NCBI RefSeq assembly: GCF_003334315.1
Contig: NZ_QOWR01000001.1
Length of the DNA stretch: 64,000 nt
Strand: one strand, 5' to 3'
Source of the DNA: Escherichia coli
GTDB taxonomy: Bacteria > Pseudomonadota > Gammaproteobacteria > Enterobacterales > Enterobacteriaceae
Under the pieces are notes generated by a model. That model made no database searches and was not told where the DNA came from. It saw nothing but the letters and a program-made list of their open reading frames with translations. Of this stretch, positions 1-12,850 are shown piece by piece (position 1 is the first letter of the stretch; each line of letters starts with the position of its first letter). The translations under genes and the position numbers were made by a program.

Positions 1-752
1 CGCGTCAGCGGCGTGCGCAAGTCGTGACTTACCCCCGCCATCAGCAGCGTGCGGTCATCCGCCAGTTGCTTAACACCAGCCGCCATATGGTTAAAGGCAC
101 GGGTAACGGAACGCACCTCGGACGCGCCATACTCACGCAGCGGCGGCGGAATAATCCCTTTACCAACCTGCAAGGCTGCGTGTTCGAGATCGACCAACGG
201 TCGGTTCTGGATACGAATAAACAGCCACGCCCCGCCTATCGCCAATAGCATAATCGCCAGCGTATAGCGGAACAGCGGAGAGAAATCGCCCTGATGAATT
301 TCGGTCAGCGGCACGCGTACCCAGATATTGGGCGACAGCCAGGTTTTCAGCCAGACGACAGGCGAACTTTTGTTGACCTCAACGCGCACTTCCGTCGGGC
401 CGCCCAGTTGCTGCGCCATCTGATGGCTTAAGAATTCATAGTGTTGCGCCCAACGCAGACCTGCCTCTTCGGCAGCCTCGTTGGAGTAGAGAGAGATCCC
501 CAGCTCACGGTAGATCTCCCGACGGAAAGCGGGAGGCACAACCAACTGCGTGCCGTCCTCCAGTTGCAGTTTGTCGGTCATCAACATACGCACTTCGTAC
601 GCGAGGACTTTATTAAACTGCTGGAGGCTCGGCAAAATCGCGAAGTTCAGCACCACCAGATAAGTCGTCACCAGGCTGGCGAACAGCAAGGTGACGATGA
701 GCAATAACGTACGGGCAAATGAACTTCGTGGCGAGAAGCGCAATCGCCTCAT
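1..752 (-). CDS. envZ: Osmosensor histidine kinase EnvZ, 5' portion only (gene runs off window start)
   Basis: Reverse-strand reading from 752 gives MRRLRFSPRSSFARTLLLIV..., the EnvZ N-terminus; start overlaps the ompR stop (ATGA). Not in ORF track because it is open at the window edge. Confidence 0.8.
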   Translation of the reverse strand, partial: MRRLRFSPRSSFARTLLLIVTLLFASLVTTYLVVLNFAILPSLQQFNKVLAYEVRMLMTDKLQLEDGTQLVVPPAFRREIYRELGISLYSNEAAEEAGLRWAQHYEFLSHQMAQQLGGPTEVRVEVNKSSPVVWLKTWLSPNIWVRVPLTEIHQGDFSPLFRYTLAIMLLAIGGAWLFIRIQNRPLVDLEHAALQVGKGIIPPPLREYGASEVRSVTRAFNHMAAGVKQLADDRTLLMAGVSHDLRTPLT

Positions 753-1468
753 GCTTTAGAGCCGTCCGGTACAAAGACGTAGCCCAGACCCCAGACGGTC
801 TGAATGTAACGCGGATGCGCTGGATCTTCTTCCACCATGCGGCGCAGACGCGAAATCTGCACGTCGATGGAGCGTTCCATTGCGGAATATTCACGACCAC
901 GGGCAAGGTTCATCAGCTTATCGCGGGAGAGCGGCTCACGCGGATGGCTGACCAGTGCCTTCAGTACCGCAAACTCACCGCTGGTGAGCGGCATCGGCTC
1001 GTCTTCGCGGAACATTTCGCGCGTACCGAGGTTAAGTTTGAACTTACCGAAAGCAATTACCGCCTCTTCCTGTGACGGTGCGCCTGGCAGTTCGTTCGCC
1101 TGACGACGCAGCACCGCACGGATACGGGCCAGCAGTTCACGCGGGTTAAACGGTTTTGGAATGTAGTCGTCAGCGCCAATCTCCAGGCCTACGATACGGT
1201 CCACTTCTTCCCCTTTCGCCGTCACCATAATGATCGGCATCGGGTTGCTCTGACTACGAAGACGTCGGCAAATCGACAAGCCATCTTCACCAGGTAACAT
1301 TAAATCCAGTACCATAAGATGGAAAGATTCACGAGTCAGCAGGCGATCCATCTGTTCTGCATTAGCGACGCTTCGAACCTGGAAGCCTTGTTCGGTGAGA
1401 TAACGTTCCAGCAGCGCACGCAGGCGCATGTCGTCATCGACCACCAGAATCTTGTAGTTCTCTTGCAT
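749..1468 (-). CDS. ompR: Response regulator OmpR
   Basis: Track ORF 749..1483; product MQENYKILVVDDDMRLRALLERYL... recognised as OmpR; start trimmed to the internal ATG (residue 6 of track ORF). Confidence 0.96.
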   Translation of the reverse strand: MQENYKILVVDDDMRLRALLERYLTEQGFQVRSVANAEQMDRLLTRESFHLMVLDLMLPGEDGLSICRRLRSQSNPMPIIMVTAKGEEVDRIVGLEIGADDYIPKPFNPRELLARIRAVLRRQANELPGAPSQEEAVIAFGKFKLNLGTREMFREDEPMPLTSGEFAVLKALVSHPREPLSRDKLMNLARGREYSAMERSIDVQISRLRRMVEEDPAHPRYIQTVWGLGYVFVPDGSKA

Positions 1469-1695
1469 TGTTTGTACTCCCAAAGGTTCGCAACAATTTG
1501 TAAGCGTGTATTCTTAAAAAAGCTCACGTTCGTCACCAGCTAAATCTGGTATGAATTTCAGCCTAAATTGTTACAAAGCATATTAAACAGCAGCTTAAGT
1601 ATACAATTTATTCGGCGAAACATTATTGATTCTGTTGATATGATCACGTTATACCCAATGTGCGCATTATCAAACAGACAAAGGGAATCAACGAG

Positions 1696-2172
1696 ATGAA
1701 AACGCCCCTGGTTACCCGGGAAGGGTATGAAAAACTCAAACAAGAGCTTAATTATCTCTGGCGTGAAGAACGCCCGGAGGTCACAAAAAAGGTGACCTGG
1801 GCCGCAAGTCTGGGCGACCGCAGCGAAAATGCTGACTATCAGTATAATAAAAAGCGTCTGCGTGAAATCGACCGTCGCGTGCGCTATCTCACTAAATGCC
1901 TGGAAAATCTCAAAATCGTCGATTACTCCCCTCAGCAGGAAGGCAAAGTCTTTTTTGGCGCGTGGGTGGAGATTGAAAACGACGATGGCGTGACTCACCG
2001 TTTCCGTATTGTCGGCTACGATGAAATTTTTGGCCGTAAAGATTACATCTCTATCGATTCCCCGATGGCCCGCGCATTGCTGAAAAAAGAAGTCGGCGAT
2101 CTGGCGGTGGTGAATACCCCTGCCGGGGAAGCGAGCTGGTATGTTAATGCTATCGAGTACGTGAAACCGTAA
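1696..2172 (+). CDS. greB: Transcript cleavage factor GreB
   Basis: Track ORF 1660..2172; MKTPLVTREGYEKLKQELNYLW... from internal ATG at 1696. Confidence 0.95.
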   Translation: MKTPLVTREGYEKLKQELNYLWREERPEVTKKVTWAASLGDRSENADYQYNKKRLREIDRRVRYLTKCLENLKIVDYSPQQEGKVFFGAWVEIENDDGVTHRFRIVGYDEIFGRKDYISIDSPMARALLKKEVGDLAVVNTPAGEASWYVNAIEYVKP

Positions 2173-2268
2173 GGAAGAGTCTTAACCTCCTGCCGATGGC
2201 TGGCATTTTTGCCAGCCAGTCCGTATAACTATCCCCTGATTTTTGATCCGAAAAGATGAACTCAAACC

Positions 2269-4590
2269 ATGATGAATGATTCGTTCTGCCGCATTATTGC
2301 GGGTGAAATTCAGGCGCGCCCGGAACAGGTTGACGCTGCCGTTCGCCTGCTTGACGAAGGGAATACCGTGCCGTTTATCGCACGTTATCGTAAGGAAATC
2401 ACCGGCGGTCTGGATGACACGCAGCTGCGTAATCTGGAAACGCGTCTGAGCTATCTGCGCGAGCTGGAAGAGAGACGTCAGGCGATCCTCAAGTCCATTT
2501 CCGAGCAAGGCAAACTCACCGATGATCTGGCGAAGGCCATCAACGCCACCCTAAGCAAAACCGAACTCGAAGACCTCTACCTGCCCTACAAACCTAAACG
2601 CCGCACCCGCGGGCAAATCGCCATTGAAGCAGGGCTTGAGCCGTTGGCTGACCTGCTGTGGAGCGATCCGTCACACACGCCAGAAGTCGCCGCTGCACAA
2701 TATGTTGATGCCGATAAAGGCGTGGCAGATACCAAAGCCGCGCTGGATGGCGCGCGCTATATCCTGATGGAACGGTTTGCCGAAGATGCCGCGCTGCTGG
2801 CGAAAGTGCGTGATTATCTGTGGAAGAACGCGCATTTGGTTTCTACGGTGGTGAGCGGTAAAGAAGAGGAAGGGGCGAAATTCCGCGACTATTTCGATCA
2901 TCACGAACCGTTGTCCACGGTGCCTTCTCACCGCGCGCTGGCGATGTTCCGTGGGCGTAACGAAGGCGTACTCCAGCTTTCGCTGAATGCCGATCCGCAG
3001 TTCGATGAGCCGCCCAAAGAGAGCTATTGCGAGCAAATCATCATGGATCACCTTGGCCTACGCCTGAACAATGCCCCGGCGGATAGCTGGCGCAAAGGCG
3101 TAGTGAGCTGGACCTGGCGCATCAAGGTGCTGATGCATCTGGAAACCGAACTGATGGGTACCGTGCGCGAACGCGCGGAAGATGAAGCAATCAACGTCTT
3201 TGCCCGTAACCTGCACGATCTGCTGATGGCGGCCCCTGCCGGACTGCGTGCAACGATGGGCCTCGATCCGGGTCTGCGTACTGGGGTAAAAGTGGCGGTG
3301 GTCGATGCCACTGGCAAACTGGTAGCGACCGATACCATTTACCCGCACACCGGACAAGCCGCAAAAGCAGCGATGACCGTTGCTGCCTTGTGTGAAAAAC
3401 ATAACGTTGAACTGGTGGCGATCGGCAACGGTACAGCTTCCCGCGAAACTGAACGTTTCTATCTCGACGTGCAGAAGCAGTTCCCGAAAGTGACCGCACA
3501 GAAAGTGATCGTCAGCGAAGCTGGCGCGTCGGTTTACTCAGCTTCCGAGCTGGCAGCGCAGGAGTTCCCGGATCTCGACGTTTCGCTGCGTGGCGCGGTG
3601 TCTATCGCCCGCCGTTTGCAGGATCCGCTGGCGGAGCTGGTGAAAATCGATCCGAAATCTATCGGCGTAGGTCAGTATCAGCATGACGTCAGCCAGACGC
3701 AACTGGCCCGCAAACTGGACGCAGTAGTAGAAGACTGCGTAAACGCCGTTGGCGTCGATCTCAACACTGCTTCTGTTCCGCTGTTAACCCGCGTGGCGGG
3801 CCTGACGCGCATGATGGCGCAAAACATCGTGGCCTGGCGCGATGAGAACGGCCAGTTCCAGAACCGTCAGCAACTGCTGAAAGTCAGCCGTCTGGGGCCG
3901 AAAGCCTTCGAGCAGTGCGCGGGCTTCTTGCGCATTAACCACGGTGATAACCCGCTGGATGCTTCTACCGTCCACCCGGAAGCCTATCCGGTGGTGGAAC
4001 GCATTCTGGCAGCAACACAGCAGGCACTGAAAGATCTGATGGGTAACAGCAGCGAACTGCGTAACCTGAAAGCGTCTGACTTTACTGATGAAAAATTCGG
4101 TGTGCCGACAGTAACTGACATCATCAAAGAGCTGGAAAAACCGGGTCGCGATCCGCGTCCGGAATTTAAAACCGCTCAGTTTGCCGATGGCGTCGAGACA
4201 ATGAACGACCTGCAACCGGGTATGATCCTCGAAGGTGCGGTGACCAACGTCACCAACTTTGGCGCGTTTGTCGATATCGGCGTGCATCAGGACGGCCTGG
4301 TTCACATCTCTTCATTGTCGAACAAGTTTGTGGAAGATCCGCATACCGTGGTGAAAGCGGGCGACATTGTGAAGGTGAAAGTGCTGGAAGTGGATCTTCA
4401 GCGTAAACGTATCGCCCTGACTATGCGTCTGGACGAGCAGCCTGGCGAAACCAACGCCCGTCGCGGCGGCGGTAATGAACGCCCGCAAAACAACCGCCCG
4501 GCAGCCAAACCACGCGGTCGTGAAGCGCAGCCTGCCGGTAATAGCGCGATGATGGATGCGCTGGCGGCGGCAATGGGCAAAAAACGTTAA
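2269..4590 (+). CDS. tex: Tex-like RNA-binding protein (S1 domain, YqgF/HhH)
   Basis: 773-aa ORF; Tex/YhgF sequence with C-terminal S1-like segment ([21 protein letters not shown]...). Confidence 0.93.
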   Translation: MMNDSFCRIIAGEIQARPEQVDAAVRLLDEGNTVPFIARYRKEITGGLDDTQLRNLETRLSYLRELEERRQAILKSISEQGKLTDDLAKAINATLSKTELEDLYLPYKPKRRTRGQIAIEAGLEPLADLLWSDPSHTPEVAAAQYVDADKGVADTKAALDGARYILMERFAEDAALLAKVRDYLWKNAHLVSTVVSGKEEEGAKFRDYFDHHEPLSTVPSHRALAMFRGRNEGVLQLSLNADPQFDEPPKESYCEQIIMDHLGLRLNNAPADSWRKGVVSWTWRIKVLMHLETELMGTVRERAEDEAINVFARNLHDLLMAAPAGLRATMGLDPGLRTGVKVAVVDATGKLVATDTIYPHTGQAAKAAMTVAALCEKHNVELVAIGNGTASRETERFYLDVQKQFPKVTAQKVIVSEAGASVYSASELAAQEFPDLDVSLRGAVSIARRLQDPLAELVKIDPKSIGVGQYQHDVSQTQLARKLDAVVEDCVNAVGVDLNTASVPLLTRVAGLTRMMAQNIVAWRDENGQFQNRQQLLKVSRLGPKAFEQCAGFLRINHGDNPLDASTVHPEAYPVVERILAATQQALKDLMGNSSELRNLKASDFTDEKFGVPTVTDIIKELEKPGRDPRPEFKTAQFADGVETMNDLQPGMILEGAVTNVTNFGAFVDIGVHQDGLVHISSLSNKFVEDPHTVVKAGDIVKVKVLEVDLQRKRIALTMRLDEQPGETNARRGGGNERPQNNRPAAKPRGREAQPAGNSAMMDALAAAMGKKR

Positions 4591-4615
4591 ACGCCCGGAC
4601 TGGCCCCTAAACCTG

Positions 4616-4644
4616 CGCGATAAGGCGTTCACGCCGCATCTGGC
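4616..4644. repeat. REP-like element after tex
   Basis: GCGATAAGGCGTTCACGCCGCATCTGGCA resembles the inverse REP consensus. Confidence 0.5.
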
Positions 4645-4671
4645 AACGAACGCCTTGCCTGACATAAAAGT

Positions 4672-4698
4672 GCCGGAGAATATCTCCGGCCTTTTTAT
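4672..4698 (+). terminator. Rho-independent terminator after tex
   Basis: GCCGGAGA-ATA-TCTCCGGC hairpin followed by CTTTTTATT. Confidence 0.75.
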
Positions 4699-4898
4699 TC
4701 CACAACCAAACTCATAATATATTCCGGCAATATTTATCACTTCATTAACAACTGAAACCTTAATTAAACATTAGCCAGTCCGGGTAATTCACTATTCGAA
4801 TTATATTTTCGCTGCGATATAACCTTGAGCCACATCAACATTGAGTCAGATTATTATTCAAACCAACATTCGCACACATTTTAAGTATTGCTGATAGA

Positions 4899-4936
4899 AA
4901 CCATTCTCATTATCATTGTGTTGTTGATTATTTAAT
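4899..4936 (+). promoter_or_regulatory. Fur-box-like and FNR-like motifs in feoABC promoter region
   Basis: ATTCTCATTATCATTGT (Fur-like) immediately followed by TTGATTATTTAATC (TTGAT-N4-ATCAA-like) about 100 nt upstream of feoA. Confidence 0.5.
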
Positions 4937-5027
4937 CTCTCCTTTGTTGGCAAATCATCTGGTCTCATGTCGCTGTCAAACGCCCCATGAGGTAGTTATC
5001 CAGTTAATGAGAAACAAGTAGGCACCT

Positions 5028-5255
5028 ATGCAATACACTCCAGATACTGCGTGGAAAATCACTGGCTTTTCCCGTGAAATCAGCCCGGCATATCGCCAAA
5101 AACTGCTTTCTCTTGGCATGTTACCTGGCTCCTCTTTTAATGTGGTGCGCGTCGCTCCACTCGGCGACCCCATTCATATCGAAACCCGTCGTGTGAGCCT
5201 GGTATTACGCAAAAAAGATCTGGCCTTATTAGAAGTGGAAGCGGTTTCCTGTTAA
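5028..5255 (+). CDS. feoA: Ferrous iron transport protein FeoA
   Basis: 75-aa [17 protein letters not shown]... directly upstream of feoB. Confidence 0.95.
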   Translation: MQYTPDTAWKITGFSREISPAYRQKLLSLGMLPGSSFNVVRVAPLGDPIHIETRRVSLVLRKKDLALLEVEAVSC

Positions 5256-5271
5256 TACGGTGATAACAACA

Positions 5272-7593
5272 ATGAAAAAATTAACCATAGGCTTAATTGG
5301 TAATCCAAATTCTGGCAAGACAACCTTATTTAACCAGCTCACTGGCGCACGTCAGCGTGTAGGTAACTGGGCTGGCGTTACCGTCGAACGTAAAGAAGGG
5401 CAATTCTCCACCACCGATCATCAGGTCACGCTGGTGGACCTGCCCGGCACCTATTCTCTGACCACCATCTCATCGCAGACCTCGCTCGATGAGCAAATCG
5501 CCTGTCACTACATTTTGAGTGGCGACGCCGACCTGCTGATTAACGTGGTGGATGCGTCTAACCTTGAGCGTAACCTGTACCTGACGCTACAACTGCTGGA
5601 ACTCGGCATTCCCTGCATTGTGGCACTGAACATGCTCGACATTGCCGAGAAGCAAAATATTCGTATTGAAATTGATGCTCTGTCGGCGCGTCTGGGCTGT
5701 CCGGTGATCCCGCTGGTTTCAACCCGTGGTCGCGGTATTGAAGCGCTCAAGCTGGCGATTGATCGCTATAAAGCTAACGAGAATGTGGAACTGGTACATT
5801 ACGCACAGCCGCTACTCAACGAAGCAGATTCACTGGCAAAAGTGATGCCTTCCGACATCCCGCTGAAACAACGTCGCTGGCTGGGCCTGCAAATGCTGGA
5901 AGGCGATATCTACAGCCGCGCCTACGCCGGTGAAGCGTCGCAGCATCTTGATGCCGCCCTCGCCCGTCTGCGTAATGAGATGGACGATCCGGCGCTGCAC
6001 ATTGCCGATGCGCGTTACCAGTGCATTGCTGCCATCTGTGATGTGGTAAGCAACACCCTGACGGCAGAACCCAGCCGTTTCACCACTGCGGTAGATAAAA
6101 TCGTGCTCAACCGTTTCCTCGGTCTGCCGATTTTCCTCTTTGTGATGTACCTGATGTTCCTGCTGGCTATCAACATCGGCGGGGCGTTACAGCCGCTGTT
6201 TGACGTCGGCTCCGTGGCGCTATTTGTGCATGGTATTCAATGGATTGGCTACACGCTCCACTTCCCGGACTGGCTGACTATCTTCCTCGCCCAGGGCCTG
6301 GGTGGCGGCATTAACACCGTGCTGCCACTGGTGCCGCAGATTGGCATGATGTACCTGTTCCTCTCCTTCCTTGAGGACTCCGGGTATATGGCGCGTGCGG
6401 CGTTTGTGATGGACCGTCTGATGCAGGCGCTGGGCTTGCCGGGGAAATCCTTTGTGCCGCTGATCGTCGGTTTCGGTTGTAACGTACCGTCGGTAATGGG
6501 TGCACGTACGCTTGATGCACCGCGTGAACGTCTGATGACCATCATGATGGCACCGTTTATGTCCTGCGGCGCGCGTCTGGCTATCTTCGCAGTATTCGCG
6601 GCTGCCTTCTTCGGGCAGAACGGTGCGCTGGCGGTCTTCTCGCTGTATATGCTGGGTATTGTGATGGCGGTGCTGACTGGCCTGATGCTCAAGTACACCA
6701 TCATGCGCGGTGAAGCGACGCCGTTTGTCATGGAGTTGCCGGTCTATCATGTACCACACGTTAAAAGCCTGATTATCCAGACCTGGCAGCGTCTGAAAGG
6801 CTTCGTTCTGCGTGCTGGTAAAGTGATCATCATCGTCAGCATTTTCCTGAGCGCTTTCAACAGCTTCTCGCTGAGCGGGAAAATCGTCGATAACATCAAC
6901 GACTCGGCGCTGGCGTCCGTCAGCCGGGTGATCACCCCGGTCTTCAAGCCAATTGGCGTGCATGAAGATAACTGGCAGGCAACGGTTGGCCTGTTTACAG
7001 GTGCCATGGCGAAAGAAGTGGTAGTGGGTACGCTCAACACCCTCTACACCGCAGAAAATATTCAGGACGAAGAGTTCAATCCGGCAGAATTTAACCTCGG
7101 TGAAGAGCTGTTCAGTGCGATAGATGAAACCTGGCAGAGCCTGAAAGACACCTTCAGCCTTAGCGTACTGATGAACCCCATTGAAGCCAGCAAAGGCGAC
7201 GGCGAAATGGGTACCGGGGCGATGGGCGTGATGGATCAGAAATTCGGTAGCGCAGCAGCAGCTTACAGCTACCTGATTTTCGTCCTGCTGTATGTACCAT
7301 GTATCTCGGTGATGGGGGCTATCGCCCGTGAATCAAGCCGTGGCTGGATGGGCTTCTCCATCCTGTGGGGGCTGAATATCGCTTACTCACTGGCAACATT
7401 GTTCTATCAGGTCGCCAGCTACAGTCAGCATCCAACTTACAGCCTGGTGTGCATTCTGGCGGTTATCCTGTTTAACATCGTGGTTATCGGTCTACTGCGC
7501 CGCGCGCGTAGCCGGGTGGATATCGAACTGCTGGCAACCCGCAAGTCGGTAAGCAGTTGCTGCGCAGCCAGCACCACCGGTGATTGCCATTAA
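5272..7593 (+). CDS. feoB: Ferrous iron transporter FeoB (GTPase + permease)
   Basis: Track ORF 5260..7593 (GTG); recognised start [25 protein letters not shown] (G-protein P-loop) at ATG 5272. Confidence 0.95.
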   Translation: MKKLTIGLIGNPNSGKTTLFNQLTGARQRVGNWAGVTVERKEGQFSTTDHQVTLVDLPGTYSLTTISSQTSLDEQIACHYILSGDADLLINVVDASNLERNLYLTLQLLELGIPCIVALNMLDIAEKQNIRIEIDALSARLGCPVIPLVSTRGRGIEALKLAIDRYKANENVELVHYAQPLLNEADSLAKVMPSDIPLKQRRWLGLQMLEGDIYSRAYAGEASQHLDAALARLRNEMDDPALHIADARYQCIAAICDVVSNTLTAEPSRFTTAVDKIVLNRFLGLPIFLFVMYLMFLLAINIGGALQPLFDVGSVALFVHGIQWIGYTLHFPDWLTIFLAQGLGGGINTVLPLVPQIGMMYLFLSFLEDSGYMARAAFVMDRLMQALGLPGKSFVPLIVGFGCNVPSVMGARTLDAPRERLMTIMMAPFMSCGARLAIFAVFAAAFFGQNGALAVFSLYMLGIVMAVLTGLMLKYTIMRGEATPFVMELPVYHVPHVKSLIIQTWQRLKGFVLRAGKVIIIVSIFLSAFNSFSLSGKIVDNINDSALASVSRVITPVFKPIGVHEDNWQATVGLFTGAMAKEVVVGTLNTLYTAENIQDEEFNPAEFNLGEELFSAIDETWQSLKDTFSLSVLMNPIEASKGDGEMGTGAMGVMDQKFGSAAAAYSYLIFVLLYVPCISVMGAIARESSRGWMGFSILWGLNIAYSLATLFYQVASYSQHPTYSLVCILAVILFNIVVIGLLRRARSRVDIELLATRKSVSSCCAASTTGDCH

Positions 7594-7829
7594 TGGCTTC
7601 ACTTATTCAGGTGCGCGATTTGCTGGCGTTACGGGGCCGTATGGAAGCGGCCCAGATAAGCCAAACATTGAACACTCCACAGCCAATGATTAACGCCATG
7701 CTGCAACAACTGGAAAGTATGGGCAAAGCCGTGCGGATTCAGGAAGAACCTGACGGCTGCCTCTCTGGCAGTTGTAAAAGCTGCCCGGAAGGAAAAGCCT
7801 GTCTGCGCGAGTGGTGGGCGCTGCGTTAA
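7593..7829 (+). CDS. feoC: FeoC, small Fe-S winged-helix protein
   Basis: Track ORF 7584..7829; [15 protein letters not shown]... with Cys cluster [15 protein letters not shown]; ATG overlaps feoB stop by 1 nt. Confidence 0.9.
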   Translation: MASLIQVRDLLALRGRMEAAQISQTLNTPQPMINAMLQQLESMGKAVRIQEEPDGCLSGSCKSCPEGKACLREWWALR

Positions 7830-7854
7830 CCTTACTCCATCGCCTGTTTTGGAA

Positions 7855-7887
7855 AGCCCGGTATGCGTCTGCATCCGGGCTTTTTTG
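7855..7887 (+). terminator. Rho-independent terminator after feoC
   Basis: AGCCCGG...CCGGGCTTTTTTG hairpin plus T-run shortly after the feoC stop. Confidence 0.75.
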
Positions 7888-8031
7888 CGTGCGGCTTTCC
7901 ATAAAAATGCAACTCTTGCAGCACGGCGTAAGTTCCTTTGAAAGCATCTCGCAGGGATGAAAACTCGCTAATACACAGGTGTGGAGTGGCGCGTAGAGTC
8001 GCGGCATTCAAACAACAGGTGAAGGAACGCC

Positions 8032-8910
8032 ATGAGCAAAAAGCAGAGTTCCACCCCACACGATGCGCTGTTCAAACTCTTTTTACGCCAACCGGACACG
8101 GCTCGTGATTTTCTTGCGTTTCATTTACCGGCACCCATTCACGCGCTTTGTGATATGAAAACCCTCAAGCTGGAGTCGAGCAGCTTTATTGATGACGATC
8201 TGCGTGAAAGCTATTCCGATGTGCTGTGGTCGGTGAAAACGGAACAAGGACCAGGATACATCTATTGTCTGATTGAACATCAAAGCACCTCAAACAAACT
8301 GATCGCATTTCGCATGATGCGTTACGCTATTGCCGCAATGCAAAATCACCTTGATGCTGGATACAAAACGTTGCCGATGGTGGTGCCATTGTTGTTTTAC
8401 CACGGTATTGAAAGCCCCTATCCCTATTCGCTGTGTTGGCTGGATTGTTTCGCCGATCCCAAACTGGCAAGGCAGCTTTATGCCTCCGCATTTCCGCTGA
8501 TTGATGTCACCGTCATGCCTGATGATGAAATCATGCAGCACCGACGTATGGCGCTGCTGGAGTTAATTCAAAAACATATTCGTCAACGCGATCTGATGGG
8601 GCTGGTAGAGCAAATGGCCTGCTTATTAAGTAGTGGATACGCTAATGACAGACAAATCAAAGGGCTGTTTAATTACATACTGCAAACCGGCGACGCGGTA
8701 CGTTTTAACGATTTTATCGACGGCGTTGCCGAACGTTCACCGAAACACAAGGAGAGTTTAATGACAATTGCGGAAAGATTGCGGCAGGAGGGGGAACAAT
8801 CCAAAGCCCTGCATATAGCCAAAATAATGCTTGAATCCGGAGTCCCTCTTACAGACATCATGCGCTTTACCGGGGTGTCAGAAGAAGAGTTGGCTGCGGC
8901 GAGCCAGTAA
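8032..8910 (+). CDS. rpnA: Recombination-promoting nuclease RpnA (PD-(D/E)XK, transposase_31-like)
   Basis: 292-aa [25 protein letters not shown]... recognised as YhgA/RpnA. Confidence 0.88.
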   Translation: MSKKQSSTPHDALFKLFLRQPDTARDFLAFHLPAPIHALCDMKTLKLESSSFIDDDLRESYSDVLWSVKTEQGPGYIYCLIEHQSTSNKLIAFRMMRYAIAAMQNHLDAGYKTLPMVVPLLFYHGIESPYPYSLCWLDCFADPKLARQLYASAFPLIDVTVMPDDEIMQHRRMALLELIQKHIRQRDLMGLVEQMACLLSSGYANDRQIKGLFNYILQTGDAVRFNDFIDGVAERSPKHKESLMTIAERLRQEGEQSKALHIAKIMLESGVPLTDIMRFTGVSEEELAAASQ

Positions 8911-8938
8911 ATTTCTGTCTCGCCATTTCAAAAGTTGC

Positions 8939-10430
<1,492 letters not shown>

Positions 10431-10488
10431 AGCCTCGATGATGGGCGTATTATAACCAACTAAAATAGTCAACTATTAGGCCATTACT

Positions 10489-11064
10489 ATGATCCGTATT
10501 TCCGATGCTGCACAAGCGCACTTTGCCAAACTGCTGGCAAACCAGGAAGAAGGGACACAAATCCGCGTATTTGTGATTAACCCTGGCACGCCTAACGCTG
10601 AATGTGGTGTTTCTTATTGTCCGCCGGATGCCGTGGAAGCCACCGACACTGCCCTGAAATTTGACCTGCTGACCGCGTATGTTGATGAGTTAAGCGCTCC
10701 TTACCTGGAAGATGCAGAGATCGATTTTGTTACCGACCAGTTGGGTTCTCAGCTAACACTGAAAGCCCCGAACGCCAAAATGCGTAAAGTGGCAGACGAT
10801 GCACCGCTGATGGAGCGCGTGGAGTATATGCTGCAGTCGCAGATCAACCCACAGCTTGCTGGTCACGGTGGTCGCGTTTCGCTGATGGAAATCACCGAAG
10901 ACGGTTACGCCATTCTGCAATTTGGCGGCGGCTGTAACGGTTGTTCCATGGTCGATGTGACGCTGAAAGAAGGGATCGAGAAGCAGCTGCTGAACGAATT
11001 CCCGGAGCTGAAAGGTGTGCGCGATCTCACCGAACACCAGCGCGGCGAACACTCCTACTACTAA
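10489..11064 (+). CDS. nfuA: Fe-S cluster carrier NfuA
   Basis: 191-aa [31 protein letters not shown]... with CNGCSM motif. Confidence 0.95.
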
Positions 11065-11073
11065 GTTATCCCG

Positions 11074-11122
<49 letters not shown>

Positions 11123-11247
11123 GTTGAACATGTGCCAGACGTTGGCGCAGCCTTGCTTTGGCAAATCCTCGGTTCGTTTCCCCGCGATAATATGACCAAC
11201 CTCTCATAATTTAAATTTACCCCGCTCTGGTGATTCTCAAACGCCAG

Positions 11248-11263
11248 ATGTTACCCGTATCAT
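11248..11263. promoter_or_regulatory. GntR-operator-like site upstream of gntT (distal)
   Basis: ATGTTACCCGTATCAT, same half-site architecture as the gntK operator. Confidence 0.55.
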
Positions 11264-11385
11264 TCACATGGGTACCAAACATACTCCTGACATCTGACTA
11301 CAATAATTAGTTTTAGTGGGTATCAGTCGTGGTGCCGCAATATCTCTGTTCCCGATTGGGATAATTAGAGTTTGTCGTCAGAAAA

Positions 11386-11402
11386 TTGACGTTACCCATA
11401 AC
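11386..11402. promoter_or_regulatory. GntR-operator-like site upstream of gntT (proximal)
   Basis: TGACGTTACCCATAACA about 25 nt upstream of the gntT start. Confidence 0.5.
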
Positions 11403-11423
11403 AAATAAAAGGCCAGGTAAATC

Positions 11424-12740
11424 ATGCCATTAGTCATTGTTGCTATCGGTGTAATCTTGTTGTTGCTCCTGATGATCCGCTTCAAAATGAACGGCTTCAT
11501 CGCTCTCGTCCTCGTGGCGCTTGCTGTTGGATTAATGCAAGGAATGCCGCTGGATAAAGTTATTGGCTCCATCAAAGCCGGTGTCGGCGGGACGCTCGGT
11601 AGCCTTGCCCTGATCATGGGTTTTGGCGCAATGCTGGGCAAAATGCTGGCAGACTGCGGTGGCGCACAACGTATCGCCACCACGCTGATTGCCAAATTTG
11701 GTAAAAAACACATCCAGTGGGCGGTGGTACTGACCGGTTTTACCGTTGGTTTTGCCCTGTTCTATGAAGTGGGCTTTGTGCTGATGCTGCCGCTGGTGTT
11801 TACCATCGCGGCTTCTGCGAATATTCCACTGCTGTATGTTGGTGTACCAATGGCAGCTGCACTGTCTGTGACCCACGGCTTCCTGCCACCGCATCCGGGT
11901 CCGACTGCGATTGCCACCATTTTCAATGCCGATATGGGTAAAACCCTGCTGTACGGTACTATTCTGGCAATCCCGACCGTGATTCTCGCCGGTCCGGTTT
12001 ACGCTCGCGTGTTGAAAGGTATCGATAAGCCAATTCCGGAAGGTCTCTACAGCGCGAAAACCTTCAGTGAAGAAGAGATGCCGAGCTTTGGCGTCAGCGT
12101 CTGGACCTCTCTGGTGCCGGTAGTACTGATGGCGATGCGTGCGATTGCCGAAATGATCCTGCCGAAAGGTCACGCTTTCCTGCCGGTAGCGGAGTTCCTC
12201 GGTGACCCGGTAATGGCTACGCTGATTGCCGTGCTGATTGCGATGTTCACCTTTGGTCTAAACCGTGGTCGTTCAATGGATCAGATTAACGACACGCTGG
12301 TTTCTTCCATCAAAATCATTGCGATGATGCTGTTGATCATCGGTGGTGGCGGTGCGTTCAAGCAGGTGCTGGTAGACAGCGGCGTGGACAAATACATTGC
12401 TTCCATGATGCACGAAACCAACATTTCTCCGCTGCTGATGGCCTGGTCGATTGCTGCCGTACTGCGTATCGCGCTGGGTTCCGCAACCGTTGCGGCAATC
12501 ACTGCGGGTGGTATCGCGGCACCGCTGATTGCAACGACGGGTGTTAGCCCGGAGCTGATGGTTATTGCGGTTGGTTCCGGTAGTGTGATTTTCTCTCATG
12601 TGAACGATCCGGGCTTCTGGCTGTTCAAAGAGTACTTTAACCTGACTATCGGCGAGACCATCAAATCCTGGTCGATGCTGGAAACCATTATCTCGGTGTG
12701 CGGTCTGGTAGGCTGTCTGCTGCTGAATATGGTGATTTGA
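11424..12740 (+). CDS. gntT: High-affinity gluconate transporter GntT (GntP family)
   Basis: 438-aa polytopic ORF; paralogous to gntU in this window. Confidence 0.94.
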   Translation: MPLVIVAIGVILLLLLMIRFKMNGFIALVLVALAVGLMQGMPLDKVIGSIKAGVGGTLGSLALIMGFGAMLGKMLADCGGAQRIATTLIAKFGKKHIQWAVVLTGFTVGFALFYEVGFVLMLPLVFTIAASANIPLLYVGVPMAAALSVTHGFLPPHPGPTAIATIFNADMGKTLLYGTILAIPTVILAGPVYARVLKGIDKPIPEGLYSAKTFSEEEMPSFGVSVWTSLVPVVLMAMRAIAEMILPKGHAFLPVAEFLGDPVMATLIAVLIAMFTFGLNRGRSMDQINDTLVSSIKIIAMMLLIIGGGGAFKQVLVDSGVDKYIASMMHETNISPLLMAWSIAAVLRIALGSATVAAITAGGIAAPLIATTGVSPELMVIAVGSGSVIFSHVNDPGFWLFKEYFNLTIGETIKSWSMLETIISVCGLVGCLLLNMVI

Positions 12741-12752
12741 TAACACTGACTG

Positions 12753-12840
12753 CCGGATGCGGCGTGACCGCCTTATCCGGCCTACGATTCGGGATGAATT
12801 AGTAGGCCGGATAAGACGCGTCAAGCATCGCATCCGGCAT
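12753..12840. repeat. BIME (two inverted REP units) between gntT and malQ
   Basis: GCCGGATGCGGCGTGACCGCCTTATCCGGCCTAC ... GTAGGCCGGATAAGACGCGTCAAGCATCGCATCCGGCA. Confidence 0.85.
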
Positions 12841-12850
12841 CAACCGCACT

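Noticed and set aside
4976-5173. 65-aa minus-strand ORF overlapping feoA
   Set aside because: Antisense to feoA and overlapping its promoter; no supporting signals.
6220-6963. 247-aa and 160-aa minus-strand ORFs inside feoB
   Set aside because: Antisense to feoB; low-complexity Arg/His-rich translations.
8032-8910. rpnA considered as an insertion sequence
   Set aside because: No terminal inverted repeats or target-site duplication seen by eye; single gene in conserved core context.
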